This document shows positions 37,104-46,924 of a stretch of DNA of 64,000 bases, piece after piece; the stretch's first letter is position 1; every line of letters begins with the position of its first letter. The translations under genes and the position numbers were made by a program. Location: the IMG/VR virus record IMGVR_UViG_3300025617_001081. One strand, written 5' to 3'. The notes under the pieces were generated by a model. The model was not told the origin of the DNA. It searched no databases and worked only from the letters and a program-made list of their open reading frames with translations. The DNA is from an uncultured virus (IMG/VR IMGVR_UViG_3300025617_001081). Its lineage: Duplodnaviria > Heunggongvirae > Uroviricota > Caudoviricetes.

Positions 37104-37641
37104 TTACAATTAATCTTATATCGTCTGTTTTTCCAAAATTCCATGCAGAATGAGAGAAACCTACATTTACAAAATAAACATGTCCTTCTTTTAGATTTAA
37201 TATTTCTATATCTTGATTGTCTCTTTGTACACCGGTTAACGCCCATGGATTAGTTGATAGAGGGATAAAAAATCTAACACTATATCTCGAATCATAATCT
37301 TTATGAGGTAATATATATGATCCAGGTTTTTTTACAATAAATCTAGCTCTTGTATAAGGAGATTTGAAAGTGTCTAGTACTTCTTCGACATAAGTTCCTT
37401 TATATCTATCTAAAAGTGTATCATAACACCTTTCATCTTCTCTACCTTTAATATACTTCATGTGTGAACTAGGTTCAGTGATAGTCATCTGTGTATAATC
37501 GTCACTAAAATATTCTGCTCCGTACTCATCACTAATAGTGTCATAAGTATCCTTAAAATCCTTAAAACATTCTAAAAGTTTTTTTGTATCAACAGTCCAG
37601 TCTAATTTTTTAAAGTTAGGAAAATCATGTTTTCTGAGCAT
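37066..37641 (-). CDS. Asp/Asn beta-hydroxylase-like oxygenase
   Basis: PHKD...RFFIPL...NVGFSHSAWN...IRL. Confidence 0.75.
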   Translation of the reverse strand: MLRKHDFPNFKKLDWTVDTKKLLECFKDFKDTYDTISDEYGAEYFSDDYTQMTITEPSSHMKYIKGREDERCYDTLLDRYKGTYVEEVLDTFKSPYTRARFIVKKPGSYILPHKDYDSRYSVRFFIPLSTNPWALTGVQRDNQDIEILNLKEGHVYFVNVGFSHSAWNFGKTDDIRLIVSVNGQKDLCYES

Positions 37642-38400
37642 TTATGTAACAACTTCTTTAGCAAAAATATATTTGATTAATACGCCAGCTAGATCTGGTT
37701 GGTACCAGTGCTCTGACGTTGTATATCTCCGCGGATTATTGTGATGGTTTCTATGGTACCCATCTCCAAAGTTAAACAAATTTATCCAGTTTACATTTGT
37801 AGGAGTAAATGAAGTATCTGCTTTATGATTTACATAATTAGTTGTATTCTGGGTAATCAAACTTAATGCTGCCGGCATACAAAATCCTAAAACTAATCCG
37901 TTAATACCATAAAATACATAACACAATACCGCATATGTCAAAGGTATAGCGAAGTAATATTTGTGTGTGATTACAGCAAATTTATTTCTCATCAAATCTA
38001 CAACATCTCTTGGATTAGGATTATAATCATAGGATATCATAAAAAGCATTTTTAAAAAACCTTTAGATGCTAAATGCGGGTCTTTTTCTTGGTCAGAATG
38101 TTTATGATGAGCTCTGTGCATTCCGACCCAACCTACAATAGAACCTACACCTGAAATCATAGGAGGAAGTGTACATAAAAGTTCTAAAATCTTATGTCTG
38201 AAAACAAATGCCTTGTGTGACCAATACCTATGATAAGTAATTGCTATTCCTATAGGATTCATCAGGAAAAATATAATTCCTACAATTAACAAAGACTCAA
38301 AAGTAAAATTCTGCGTTAGTAAATACCAAACAGACATTGCTATGTTAAAATAATATAATGATACTAATATTGAAAACCTACTTTCAAAAATATTATTCAT
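37642..38400 (-). CDS. Membrane fatty acid desaturase (delta-9-like)
   Basis: Three His boxes (HRYWSH, HRAHH, HRNHH) plus TM helices. Confidence 0.9.
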   Translation of the reverse strand: MNNIFESRFSILVSLYYFNIAMSVWYLLTQNFTFESLLIVGIIFFLMNPIGIAITYHRYWSHKAFVFRHKILELLCTLPPMISGVGSIVGWVGMHRAHHKHSDQEKDPHLASKGFLKMLFMISYDYNPNPRDVVDLMRNKFAVITHKYYFAIPLTYAVLCYVFYGINGLVLGFCMPAALSLITQNTTNYVNHKADTSFTPTNVNWINLFNFGDGYHRNHHNNPRRYTTSEHWYQPDLAGVLIKYIFAKEVVT

Positions 38401-38403
38401 TTT

Positions 38404-39267
38404 TTAATCCTTTATAAACAATTTTTTTGTTATTATTTCGTGCATAGATTTACCAAAGTTTTCAGAATTATAAAAAGTATCAGTATCCTTATCATAATCT
38501 AACCAAGGTAAAAATCCTAAAACCATGTGTATCCTTGGTGTAGGATCTGTAGTTTTTTCTTTAAATGTAACCTCATGTGGTATTTTAGTATTCCATATAT
38601 ATGCCTTGCCTAATTCAAAATGTTTTTCTAATTCAAAAGAATTACCAAAACCGTCTTCTCCTTTCATACGTATAACATGGTTACTATTAGTTTGTAAGGG
38701 AATATTAATCCTACACAATACTAGAGGTGGCTCGTCTGTATGCCATCCTCTGTTATCATAAGGGTCTCTTAGATGCGGGTAAAAATAAGAAATTCGTCCT
38801 CTAGAAATAGGACCGTTTATTTTGTCAAATAAATCTTTATATAAGTTGTAAACAAAATCATCAATATAACGGAAACCTAGTGTATCATAATAACTATTTT
38901 TTTTGTTTTCAATGTGTGTCCCGCCTACGGCCTTCCCGTAAGAATCTTTCATTTCAAACATTCCTAATGTTTGGTGATATATACTAGCATTAGGGTTGTA
39001 AAAATCTTTATTATATGTTAATGACAGTCCTTTGTAATCTTCGCACTCTTTACCTCTAACACGCCAGCCCTGAAGCCCTGCTTTTTCTTCGTATTTTTTT
39101 GTTTGTTCTAATAAATATTCATGACTAGGTAATCCTAATTCTTGTAAATCAAATTCATAAAAAGTAAAGTCTTTTAATGCATCTGAAAACATTTTTTCAA
39201 TAGGATCAAATATATAATTTGATAATTCTTTATTGCTGGGGATTTCGCTTACTTTGTACATAAACAT
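38404..39267 (-). CDS. Asp/Asn beta-hydroxylase-like oxygenase (start probably 39261)
   Basis: WHTD...RINIPL...WNTKIPH...RIHMV. Confidence 0.75.
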   Translation of the reverse strand: MFMYKVSEIPSNKELSNYIFDPIEKMFSDALKDFTFYEFDLQELGLPSHEYLLEQTKKYEEKAGLQGWRVRGKECEDYKGLSLTYNKDFYNPNASIYHQTLGMFEMKDSYGKAVGGTHIENKKNSYYDTLGFRYIDDFVYNLYKDLFDKINGPISRGRISYFYPHLRDPYDNRGWHTDEPPLVLCRINIPLQTNSNHVIRMKGEDGFGNSFELEKHFELGKAYIWNTKIPHEVTFKEKTTDPTPRIHMVLGFLPWLDYDKDTDTFYNSENFGKSMHEIITKKLFIKD

Positions 39268-39319
39268 ATTTATCTATCATTATGTGCGCACTTTAACTGT
39301 TTGGTAACTAAATATTTAC
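39262..39319. promoter_or_regulatory. Back-to-back late-type promoters
   Basis: TAAATA on the minus strand (39272-39267) and the plus strand (39309-39314), each 5 nt before an ATG. Confidence 0.6.
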
Positions 39320-40162
39320 ATGGATTTTGAACAACAGAAAAAAATAATCTTACAAATGCAGAAATGTCAACGGAACTGGGATTATTCTAAAAACTTACCT
39401 AAAGAAATACAAAATTATCTCTTGTGGATTGCTGAAAATTCTCCTTCAAAACAACATGAAGCATATTACGATGTATATTGGACAGCTAATAGAACATTAA
39501 TACAAGAATGTAGTCGAAATACATGGGGTAATACTTATAGTAGTAATCCTCCTGCTTGTAGACGAAACTCTCAAGCAAATGCACATATGTACATATTATT
39601 TGTTGCTAAAGAACCAGAAACTCATAGAAACACTAATCCTGACGGCAGTATTGTTAATAATAAAACTCAAGACAGATGGGAAAATGCATATGTTAGTATA
39701 GGCATTGCAATGGGTCTTGTAATGCAAGCGGCTCAATCTTTAGGATTATCAACTGGTTGCAATAAAAGTCACGGAGGACTTAATGGTAGTTTGTTTTGGG
39801 AGAAAAAACTAGGAATTTTAGATGACATTATGAATGGAGCCAAACAAATTACATACGGAATTGGCATCGGCTATCCTCAAAAAGATAAAAATCGATGGGA
39901 AACGGATGAACACGAATTGTTGATAGGAGCAGGTAACGGTACATGGGTTACAACATTAGATGACGACAACGAAGCCTGGACTGATATTAAACAGCATCCG
40001 CACTTGCAACATAGAGCTTTTAGAAAAGCAAAAATTGTAGACATTAATAGTTGTAATGAAGCAACTGATCCTTACGGTATTAAACATCAAATACCTAACG
40101 AAATACCATTTACTACGCATAGTAGTATAGAGAGAAAAATTAATATTATAGAAATAAAATGA
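39320..40162 (+). CDS. Nitroreductase-like flavoprotein
   Basis: CQRNW, SPSKQ, SIGIAMGLVMQAAQSLGLSTG, IGIGYP. Confidence 0.75.
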   Translation: MDFEQQKKIILQMQKCQRNWDYSKNLPKEIQNYLLWIAENSPSKQHEAYYDVYWTANRTLIQECSRNTWGNTYSSNPPACRRNSQANAHMYILFVAKEPETHRNTNPDGSIVNNKTQDRWENAYVSIGIAMGLVMQAAQSLGLSTGCNKSHGGLNGSLFWEKKLGILDDIMNGAKQITYGIGIGYPQKDKNRWETDEHELLIGAGNGTWVTTLDDDNEAWTDIKQHPHLQHRAFRKAKIVDINSCNEATDPYGIKHQIPNEIPFTTHSSIERKINIIEIK

Positions 40163-41025
40163 TTAATATTGTTGTTACTAGTAAACCTGTAGACGGATTA
40201 CTTTACTATAGTTATGAATACTGTTCTCTATTAAATGATGCAGGCATTGATGCTCAATTAATAATTATATGTCATCATAAATTTTTGCAGGATGATTACA
40301 TAAAAGTAATCAAAAATAAGTATGTTCATTTTAAGAATGTTTTATTTGATTACTATGATCCTGCAAAAAACGACGTAACTCTTGTTATGGGCCGTAGTAT
40401 GATTACATTATCGTGGCAAAACTTTTTAAATTACAACATCAAACAACAAGAAACATTACGTAAAGTATTTTCTAATAAAGTAATTAGTGTTTACAGCGAA
40501 AATCATCCTACACTGTATCCTAAAGCAGTTGAGTTTTACAACCCAGAACAAATAATTGACTTGTGCGATACTGAAGTTTATCCTAACGGTGTAGGTGAGC
40601 ATTTTGAAAAGACTATCAATTTTAGTATCTATAAACCGTTTACTAATAACATTCAATTTAAGCATTTGTTCTTAGGTACAAACGACAAGTATTATGCTAG
40701 TGTTGAAAAAGTTATAGATCAATTTCCTGATCACGGGATCTTGACATATGACGCAGACTATGTTAATATAAAAAATAATAATATATTTGTGCCTGTTGAA
40801 AATTTTATGAGCATGTTCGAAACATATGTTTACACCAAACAAACATTTGATCCTGCACCAAGAATTTTCCAAGAATGCAAGTACTACGGCAAGGATGTAA
40901 TTTACTTGCGAGACAAAACAATAGTAGACGGCGGAAGTGTTTACTGGAAGAGAGATATAAAAGAACCAAATATTTCTCCAATATTAAATGCAATGGAGTG
41001 TTTTAATGAACAAATTTTTTCTTAG
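40159..41025 (+). CDS. Hypothetical protein (possible GT-B-like fold)
   Basis: 288 aa; FDPAPRIFQECKYYG resembles a GT-B donor loop. Confidence 0.4.
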   Translation: MINIVVTSKPVDGLLYYSYEYCSLLNDAGIDAQLIIICHHKFLQDDYIKVIKNKYVHFKNVLFDYYDPAKNDVTLVMGRSMITLSWQNFLNYNIKQQETLRKVFSNKVISVYSENHPTLYPKAVEFYNPEQIIDLCDTEVYPNGVGEHFEKTINFSIYKPFTNNIQFKHLFLGTNDKYYASVEKVIDQFPDHGILTYDADYVNIKNNNIFVPVENFMSMFETYVYTKQTFDPAPRIFQECKYYGKDVIYLRDKTIVDGGSVYWKRDIKEPNISPILNAMECFNEQIFS

Positions 41026-41962
41026 ACGAAAAATTAATGTTGAGCTAACTTATAAATGCAGTTTACTCTGTCCTGCATGTCCGAGACAAAGACATTGGAA
41101 GATGCGTAATAAAAAAATTGAAGGCGAAGTTTTATCTCTTGATAATTTTAAGAAAATAGCTAAATTTTTTAATGAAATCGATTTATGCGGTCAACTTTCA
41201 GATCCGTTACATCATCCAGAATTTCACAAAATATTAGAAATAACAAACGAATATAATACAAAAAACGTAAAAATTAACACAGCTATTTCTCAACCTGATA
41301 AAATTTTTTACCAAACTGCATTCAAGATAAGACCTAATACTAAATGGGTGTTCGGAATCGACGGATTATCAAATGATAGTAATAGATACAGAATAAATCA
41401 AGACGGCAACAAATTATTTGATATAATGACAGAATGTGCAAAAAGTTCTACAATTAAACCTACATGGCAATATATTGTATTTTCATATAACGAAAAAGAC
41501 ATCGAAGAAGCTAAAAAAATAGCAAACAACATAGGAGTAGATATTTTATTTTTACAGTCGTCAAGATGGGATAGTTGGAAGGATATTGACTCAGATAAAT
41601 TTAAACCAAAAACAGGATTAAATACTCCGTGGGTTAACGATAATGATAAAACATTTCTTAATCAAGAATGTTTTGATGTCAGACCATTTGGAACAGATAT
41701 TTGGGGACATTTACTTCCTTGCTGTCGCGTAGACGATTTAGGAAATTATAAAAGCGAAATGTATCAGGATTTAATAAGAGTAAGTAAAATTTCTGATTAT
41801 GAGAAAATTGAAGATATTCTAAGTACACCTCAATGGAAAAAATTTGTAGAAAATTTAGAAAATAACAAAGGTTTACCACATTGTCATAATATGTGCTCTA
41901 AAGGTTCAACTCCTAATACAATAGCTACAGACAGCAATAATAAAATAACTTTACCACCTTAA
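41006..41962 (+). CDS. Radical SAM protein with a fused SPASM/Twitch-like domain
   Basis: CSLLCPAC; GQLSDP; C-terminal C...LLPCC...CHNMC. Confidence 0.85.
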   Translation: MNKFFLRRKINVELTYKCSLLCPACPRQRHWKMRNKKIEGEVLSLDNFKKIAKFFNEIDLCGQLSDPLHHPEFHKILEITNEYNTKNVKINTAISQPDKIFYQTAFKIRPNTKWVFGIDGLSNDSNRYRINQDGNKLFDIMTECAKSSTIKPTWQYIVFSYNEKDIEEAKKIANNIGVDILFLQSSRWDSWKDIDSDKFKPKTGLNTPWVNDNDKTFLNQECFDVRPFGTDIWGHLLPCCRVDDLGNYKSEMYQDLIRVSKISDYEKIEDILSTPQWKKFVENLENNKGLPHCHNMCSKGSTPNTIATDSNNKITLPP

Positions 41963-41980
41963 TTAACAGCGAGATAGAAG

Positions 41981-42328
41981 ATGGAAATAGACCCTAAATG
42001 TTTAAAATTCTCAAAAGAAAATAAAGGAGCAGCATATACTTCCGACGGATTTATGTTACCGTGTTGCTGGATGGATGATCCTCCTGTGTATCGGTATATT
42101 AAAGAATGTGGATTAAAAGACGAAAAACTTGCACTAGAAAACAATGAGTGTCTTGAAGATATTTTTACTTCAGATCAATGGGAAAACTTTTTCCAAACAT
42201 TATTAAACAATCCTGAAAATGCTTCGTATATGTGTAAGAAGAAGTGCGGAGTAAACGTAGATATGGATAAAGTCCGAGAAGAAGAAAAAATTGAAGTTAA
42301 GGATCAAGCCAATGGGTCGTATTACTGA
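41981..42328 (+). CDS. Stand-alone SPASM/Twitch-like Fe-S domain
   Basis: DPKC...GFMLPCCW...CKKKC. Confidence 0.7.
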   Translation: MEIDPKCLKFSKENKGAAYTSDGFMLPCCWMDDPPVYRYIKECGLKDEKLALENNECLEDIFTSDQWENFFQTLLNNPENASYMCKKKCGVNVDMDKVREEEKIEVKDQANGSYY

Positions 42329-43070
42329 TCAATATGTAGATTTTCAAAAATATTGTAGACCAAATATTGATGCATCTCACCGGTGTCCATTTAGATGTCC
42401 TCAGTGTATTAGACAAAAAACTACAAGTCAAGATCAAATTAGACGATCTTTTGATTTACAAGAACATAATTTTCAAAAAATATTAGATTATTATGAACTT
42501 GGTTTAACATTTTGTGGACAAATTTCCGATCCTATCTATCATCCAAGATTTTTAAACTTTTTGAAATTGTGCAACGGACAAGGCAAAGCGGTTCGTATTG
42601 CAACTGTAGGTAGTGGTAAAAGCGATGAGTGGTGGGACGAAGCATACAGCTACGGTGTAGGAGAAAATGCTTGGTACTTTGGTGTAGATGGTATTGACGA
42701 AAAAAGTGAACTATATCGTGTAAACTCAAATTTTGAAGATGTATGGTCAAGAATGAAACAAGGTAGAGATCTAGGACATACAATTGTTTGGCAATATATC
42801 ATTTTTGGATACAACGAACACGAAGTTGATCGTGCTATCGAAATTGCTAAGGAGGAAGATTTTAGTTTGCTCCTTGTTAATACTAACAGAGGATTTAATC
42901 CAGATAGTCCTTTGCTTAGAAAAAATGTAGAATTTAAACTTGAAAGTCCAGACAAGAAACATACTCAACAAAGAGTAAAAAAAGAATATTGGGGTTACAA
43001 ATCACCTTCTTTAGAAGCATGGCATAAACTACCAAGAAAAAAATTAGAGTTAATAAAACAAGGAAGTTAA
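42312..43070 (+). CDS. Radical SAM protein (core domain only)
   Basis: CPFRCPQC; GQISDP; WQYIIF. Confidence 0.85.
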   Translation: MGRITDQYVDFQKYCRPNIDASHRCPFRCPQCIRQKTTSQDQIRRSFDLQEHNFQKILDYYELGLTFCGQISDPIYHPRFLNFLKLCNGQGKAVRIATVGSGKSDEWWDEAYSYGVGENAWYFGVDGIDEKSELYRVNSNFEDVWSRMKQGRDLGHTIVWQYIIFGYNEHEVDRAIEIAKEEDFSLLLVNTNRGFNPDSPLLRKNVEFKLESPDKKHTQQRVKKEYWGYKSPSLEAWHKLPRKKLELIKQGS

Positions 43071-43072
43071 TT

Positions 43073-43765
43073 ATGATAGAAGATTCGTTAAGCAGAAGAG
43101 CTCATGTAGTAAATTATGATCAGGACATAATTCCTACCAAAGAAGAAATAGACGAATTGTTAAGATTGGCGTACACACTTGTAACATCAAAACAAAAAGG
43201 ATATCCTTACAAAATTTATGTATTAGGACCAAATAAAAAACGTAGTAAAAAGCTATGGCAACTTTGCGAAGGTAATAAAATTACCACAGATACTATTGCA
43301 TATGGAGATGCAGGTGATAATTACAGAGCTAATTTAGGTCTTTATCATATTGATAGTGCTCCGTGGACTCTTATTGCTACTCCTCGAGTAGCTCCTCCAA
43401 ATCCGTTTCATAGGAAAAATTTTGACGAGTCAAAATCTTTATGGGAATTAGAAGATCCTATTTTTGTAGGCAAACAAAATAGAGAATCTTGCGCCATAGA
43501 AGTAGGAATGCTTGCAAAAGCAATTACAGGCGCTGCTTTAGATAGAGGATGGGATACTTCTTATAATGTGTGTTTTCCGAAAAATATGAACCAGTGGACT
43601 GAATTTCCTTATCTAACATATTACCCTTTTTTAATACAAACTTTAGGAAAAGCAACAAAGTACAAATGGCAAACGTTAAGCAAAGAAGATTCAAAAAACG
43701 ACTCTGATCCGCCTTTTGAAACAATTTTTGAGTTTGTAGATAATAAGCAGGATAGTCATGTATAA
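43073..43765 (+). CDS. Nitroreductase-like flavoprotein
   Basis: RRAHV, TSKQKGYPY, EVGMLA, GWDTSY. Confidence 0.65.
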   Translation: MIEDSLSRRAHVVNYDQDIIPTKEEIDELLRLAYTLVTSKQKGYPYKIYVLGPNKKRSKKLWQLCEGNKITTDTIAYGDAGDNYRANLGLYHIDSAPWTLIATPRVAPPNPFHRKNFDESKSLWELEDPIFVGKQNRESCAIEVGMLAKAITGAALDRGWDTSYNVCFPKNMNQWTEFPYLTYYPFLIQTLGKATKYKWQTLSKEDSKNDSDPPFETIFEFVDNKQDSHV

Positions 43766-44315
43766 TATAATTATTTTAAATCATTTTTATGGTTATCCGG
43801 AGTTAGAAGATGAGTTTATTAATAAACAACGATATGCAAAGTTACTTAAATTAGTTAATATTGCAAATCGAAACAAAACAATTTTTTTAGAAAACGATGT
43901 AAGCAAAAAAGATAAAAGACTTGCAAGTATAAGAAAAATATCAGAAGTCTACGGTCATAAATGGCTAGACTTCAAAGATAATCACACTATCAAAGACATA
44001 TATAAAATTATACAAAATTTGTGTGGCATATCAATAAATCCAGAAAATTCTAAAATTATTTTAGGTGGAACAAATACGTCAGGTTGTTTACTAAGAAGTG
44101 CTAATATAGCCGCAAAAAATTGGGCAAAATTAAATTATAATGTGCAGTTTTGTCTTTCAATGTGTGGAGAATATGAAATAGACGGAGTTAATTCTGCCGA
44201 AAAAAATCAAATGGCAGCATCTATTTTATATCAATTTATTAAAAATAATAATTTTACAAATAAAATAGATGCGTTTTACGATCCAAGAGAATTAGTTATA
44301 AACTTTAATAATTAA
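43758..44315 (+). CDS. Isochorismatase/cysteine-hydrolase-like protein
   Basis: GGTNTSGCL motif shared with 22486. Confidence 0.45.
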   Translation: MYNIIILNHFYGYPELEDEFINKQRYAKLLKLVNIANRNKTIFLENDVSKKDKRLASIRKISEVYGHKWLDFKDNHTIKDIYKIIQNLCGISINPENSKIILGGTNTSGCLLRSANIAAKNWAKLNYNVQFCLSMCGEYEIDGVNSAEKNQMAASILYQFIKNNNFTNKIDAFYDPRELVINFNN

Positions 44316-44326
44316 AAGGATAAATT

Positions 44327-45409
44327 ATGATCTCATACGATGCATGGGACAGAGAGTACCAAGAAAATAAAGAAGCATACTTAGAAATTTTTGACCAGTT
44401 TATGAGTCAAATGAACTACGAAAATAACGAAGAGTGGGAACGTAACTTTGCAGAGCGTTTAGGTCGTAAGCATTGCGTAAGTGTTGCTAGTGCTACAGAC
44501 GCACTACACTTTGCATTACTAGCACACGGCATTGGTCCAGGAGACGAAGTACTAGTAACAGACTTTAGTTGGATCTCTAGTGCAAGTTGTGTAGACATGG
44601 TAGGTGCTACTCCTGTGTTTTGTGACATTGATCTAGACACTTATCAAATGTCCTTAGACAGCGTACAGCGCATGTACAGCGACCGTGTAAAGGCGATAGT
44701 GTATGTACACTTGTTCGGTGCTATGACGGATACAAGCGCACTACAAGCGTTCTGTAAGGAGCGTAACATACTGTTTATCGAAGATGCGGCACAAGCATTA
44801 GGCAGTAGTTTAGACAGTGTTAGAGCAGGGTCTATTGGCGATTGCAGTGTGTTTAGCTTTAACAGCAACAAAGTTATTGCAGGCATCAACGGCGGCGGCG
44901 TTGTGCTTACAGACGACGATAACATTGCAAAGCGTCTTAAAATGATTCGTAGGCATGGTAAGGACGAGACATTTGACTTACTTGGTTATAACAGTCGTAT
45001 GTATGTTCTTAATGCTCGTATTATCGATCAGCGTATGAAAAGTATGGAGCAAAATCAAGTAAAGCGTCAGGGGATAGCACAAAAGTATAATAAAGCATTT
45101 GCAGATTTACCTGTTGTTACTCCTAAAATGTCTAATGCATTAGACAATAATTATCACAAGTATGTTATACGTTTTACAGACAAAGACACACGCAAACGTG
45201 TTAAGAACGCACTAAACGCTAGTATACACTACGAAACTCCTTTGAGTGCTAACGGTATGTACAATAATGCAAACTTGCGCAGTGACGCTTGTACAGCGTC
45301 TAAGACGGCAGCAGATACAGTGTTATCTCTGCCTATACATTCTTGGTTAACTGATGAAGAGGTACAAACAATAATAGATAAGATTAGGGAGATTTTTAAT
45401 GATATTTGA
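44327..45409 (+). CDS. DegT/DnrJ/EryC1/StrS sugar aminotransferase
   Basis: SATDAL, IGPGDEV, VHLFG, EDAAQA, FSFNSNK, GYNSRM, LSLPI. Confidence 0.93.
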   Translation: MISYDAWDREYQENKEAYLEIFDQFMSQMNYENNEEWERNFAERLGRKHCVSVASATDALHFALLAHGIGPGDEVLVTDFSWISSASCVDMVGATPVFCDIDLDTYQMSLDSVQRMYSDRVKAIVYVHLFGAMTDTSALQAFCKERNILFIEDAAQALGSSLDSVRAGSIGDCSVFSFNSNKVIAGINGGGVVLTDDDNIAKRLKMIRRHGKDETFDLLGYNSRMYVLNARIIDQRMKSMEQNQVKRQGIAQKYNKAFADLPVVTPKMSNALDNNYHKYVIRFTDKDTRKRVKNALNASIHYETPLSANGMYNNANLRSDACTASKTAADTVLSLPIHSWLTDEEVQTIIDKIREIFNDI

Positions 45410-46076
45410 AACATTTAAAAAACGGAAATACGCTTTAGAGTATGAAAAAGATGCAGAGATACCAGAGTCGTTAATTGAAGAGTTGTTGTATAAAGCGTGG
45501 GAGGTTACACCTTCTAAAAATAATTTTATGCCTTACTCGGTGCATGTATTAAATCAAGATTGTCAGCAATTAAAAGAACAAATATTTAACCTATGTAAAG
45601 GCAACGAAATAACAACAGACAATATTGACGAAATACAAGCAGATAAAAGACACAATATTAAATTACCTGCTTATGCAAATATTTTAAGTTGTTCATATCT
45701 TATTTTATTTACACAAAGATTAGAAACTGATCCGAATCCTGTCCAAAAAGATCTTATTGAAAACAAGGGACATGTATACGAAGCGGTGGACCCAAGTAGT
45801 CTACACAGAATCTACGGATTAACTTCATTCGAATCAGGATTATTTGCAGATGTTTTTAGCGGATTATGTATTGAAAATAACTTAGATGTGTCATTTACCG
45901 GATGTTTTCCAAGAAATTTAGACAAATGGAAGGAAATAGAATTTGTTAAATATACTCCAATTATGTTAATGACTGTTGGAAAAGCAAAAACATATTTGCA
46001 AGATACAAAAAAAGGTTTTGGAAAATTAGATACAAGACCAGATTATTCAAGAATTGTTAATTTTATAAAAAACTAA
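45399..46076 (+). CDS. Nitroreductase-like flavoprotein
   Basis: KRKYA, TPSKNNFMPY, ESGLFA, LDVSFTGCF. Confidence 0.7.
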   Translation: MIFETFKKRKYALEYEKDAEIPESLIEELLYKAWEVTPSKNNFMPYSVHVLNQDCQQLKEQIFNLCKGNEITTDNIDEIQADKRHNIKLPAYANILSCSYLILFTQRLETDPNPVQKDLIENKGHVYEAVDPSSLHRIYGLTSFESGLFADVFSGLCIENNLDVSFTGCFPRNLDKWKEIEFVKYTPIMLMTVGKAKTYLQDTKKGFGKLDTRPDYSRIVNFIKN

Positions 46077-46141
46077 TCAAAAAAAAAATTATAGATATTA
46101 TTTAAAGATAAGTATCTTAGTAAACTTTTAAGGATAAAGCA

Positions 46142-46924
46142 ATGAAAATTACTCACGGCGGACAGACTATCGATTTGTTTCCTAAAGAAATTCCAGAATT
46201 AATGCCTATATCGTTGTCAGGAGGCCTAGATTCTGCATCATTATTGTATCTCGTATCTACACATTTTCCGCAAATAGAAGTAGTTCCTTATACCTGCAGA
46301 GATTTAAATGCACCTAAAGATGCAGATGCTGCAGAAGAAATTGTTAAATGGATGCAAAAAACATTTCCAAACAATAAAATTAGAGATATTAGTATCTACG
46401 ATTTTAATGACAGAACTGAAGATTATGTTACATGGGAAGAAGTGGAAGAAGTTAGAGAAAAATATCCTCAATTTAAAAGTTTAAGTAAACACGGAATTTC
46501 TAAAATTATTCAAGTTGATAGAATTTCTTGGAATTTTATGTCCAAATTTCCTGGAGCAGTCAGGCTTGACGGTATGACAAGAAACCCTCCAAGTCAGGAA
46601 ATGAAAGATTTAGGATTTTACGATAAAGCAGAACGCAGAAGAGATAAAGAAGAACCGAAAGTAGAAGAATATAGAACCGACTACGACAAGAAAATTTTAT
46701 TTATATATCAAGCCTATGCAAATGTCGATAAAAAATTTGTTGCAGGAGTCTACAAGGATTACGATTTAATGGATACGTTGTTTCCATTAACAAGGTCTTG
46801 TATAGGAACTGCTCAACAAACAGATAATTTTACCAAAGAATGTCATCAATGTTTTTGGTGTGACGAAAAGAAATGGGCGTTTGATTTAATTTGGGAAGAA
46901 GATAAAGAAAGAGAATTTGCATGA
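46142..46924 (+). CDS. QueC-like PP-loop ATPase
   Basis: SLSGGLDSA; C-terminal TRSC-x13-CHQCFWC Zn motif; TAAGTA at 46109 upstream. Confidence 0.7.
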   Translation: MKITHGGQTIDLFPKEIPELMPISLSGGLDSASLLYLVSTHFPQIEVVPYTCRDLNAPKDADAAEEIVKWMQKTFPNNKIRDISIYDFNDRTEDYVTWEEVEEVREKYPQFKSLSKHGISKIIQVDRISWNFMSKFPGAVRLDGMTRNPPSQEMKDLGFYDKAERRRDKEEPKVEEYRTDYDKKILFIYQAYANVDKKFVAGVYKDYDLMDTLFPLTRSCIGTAQQTDNFTKECHQCFWCDEKKWAFDLIWEEDKEREFA

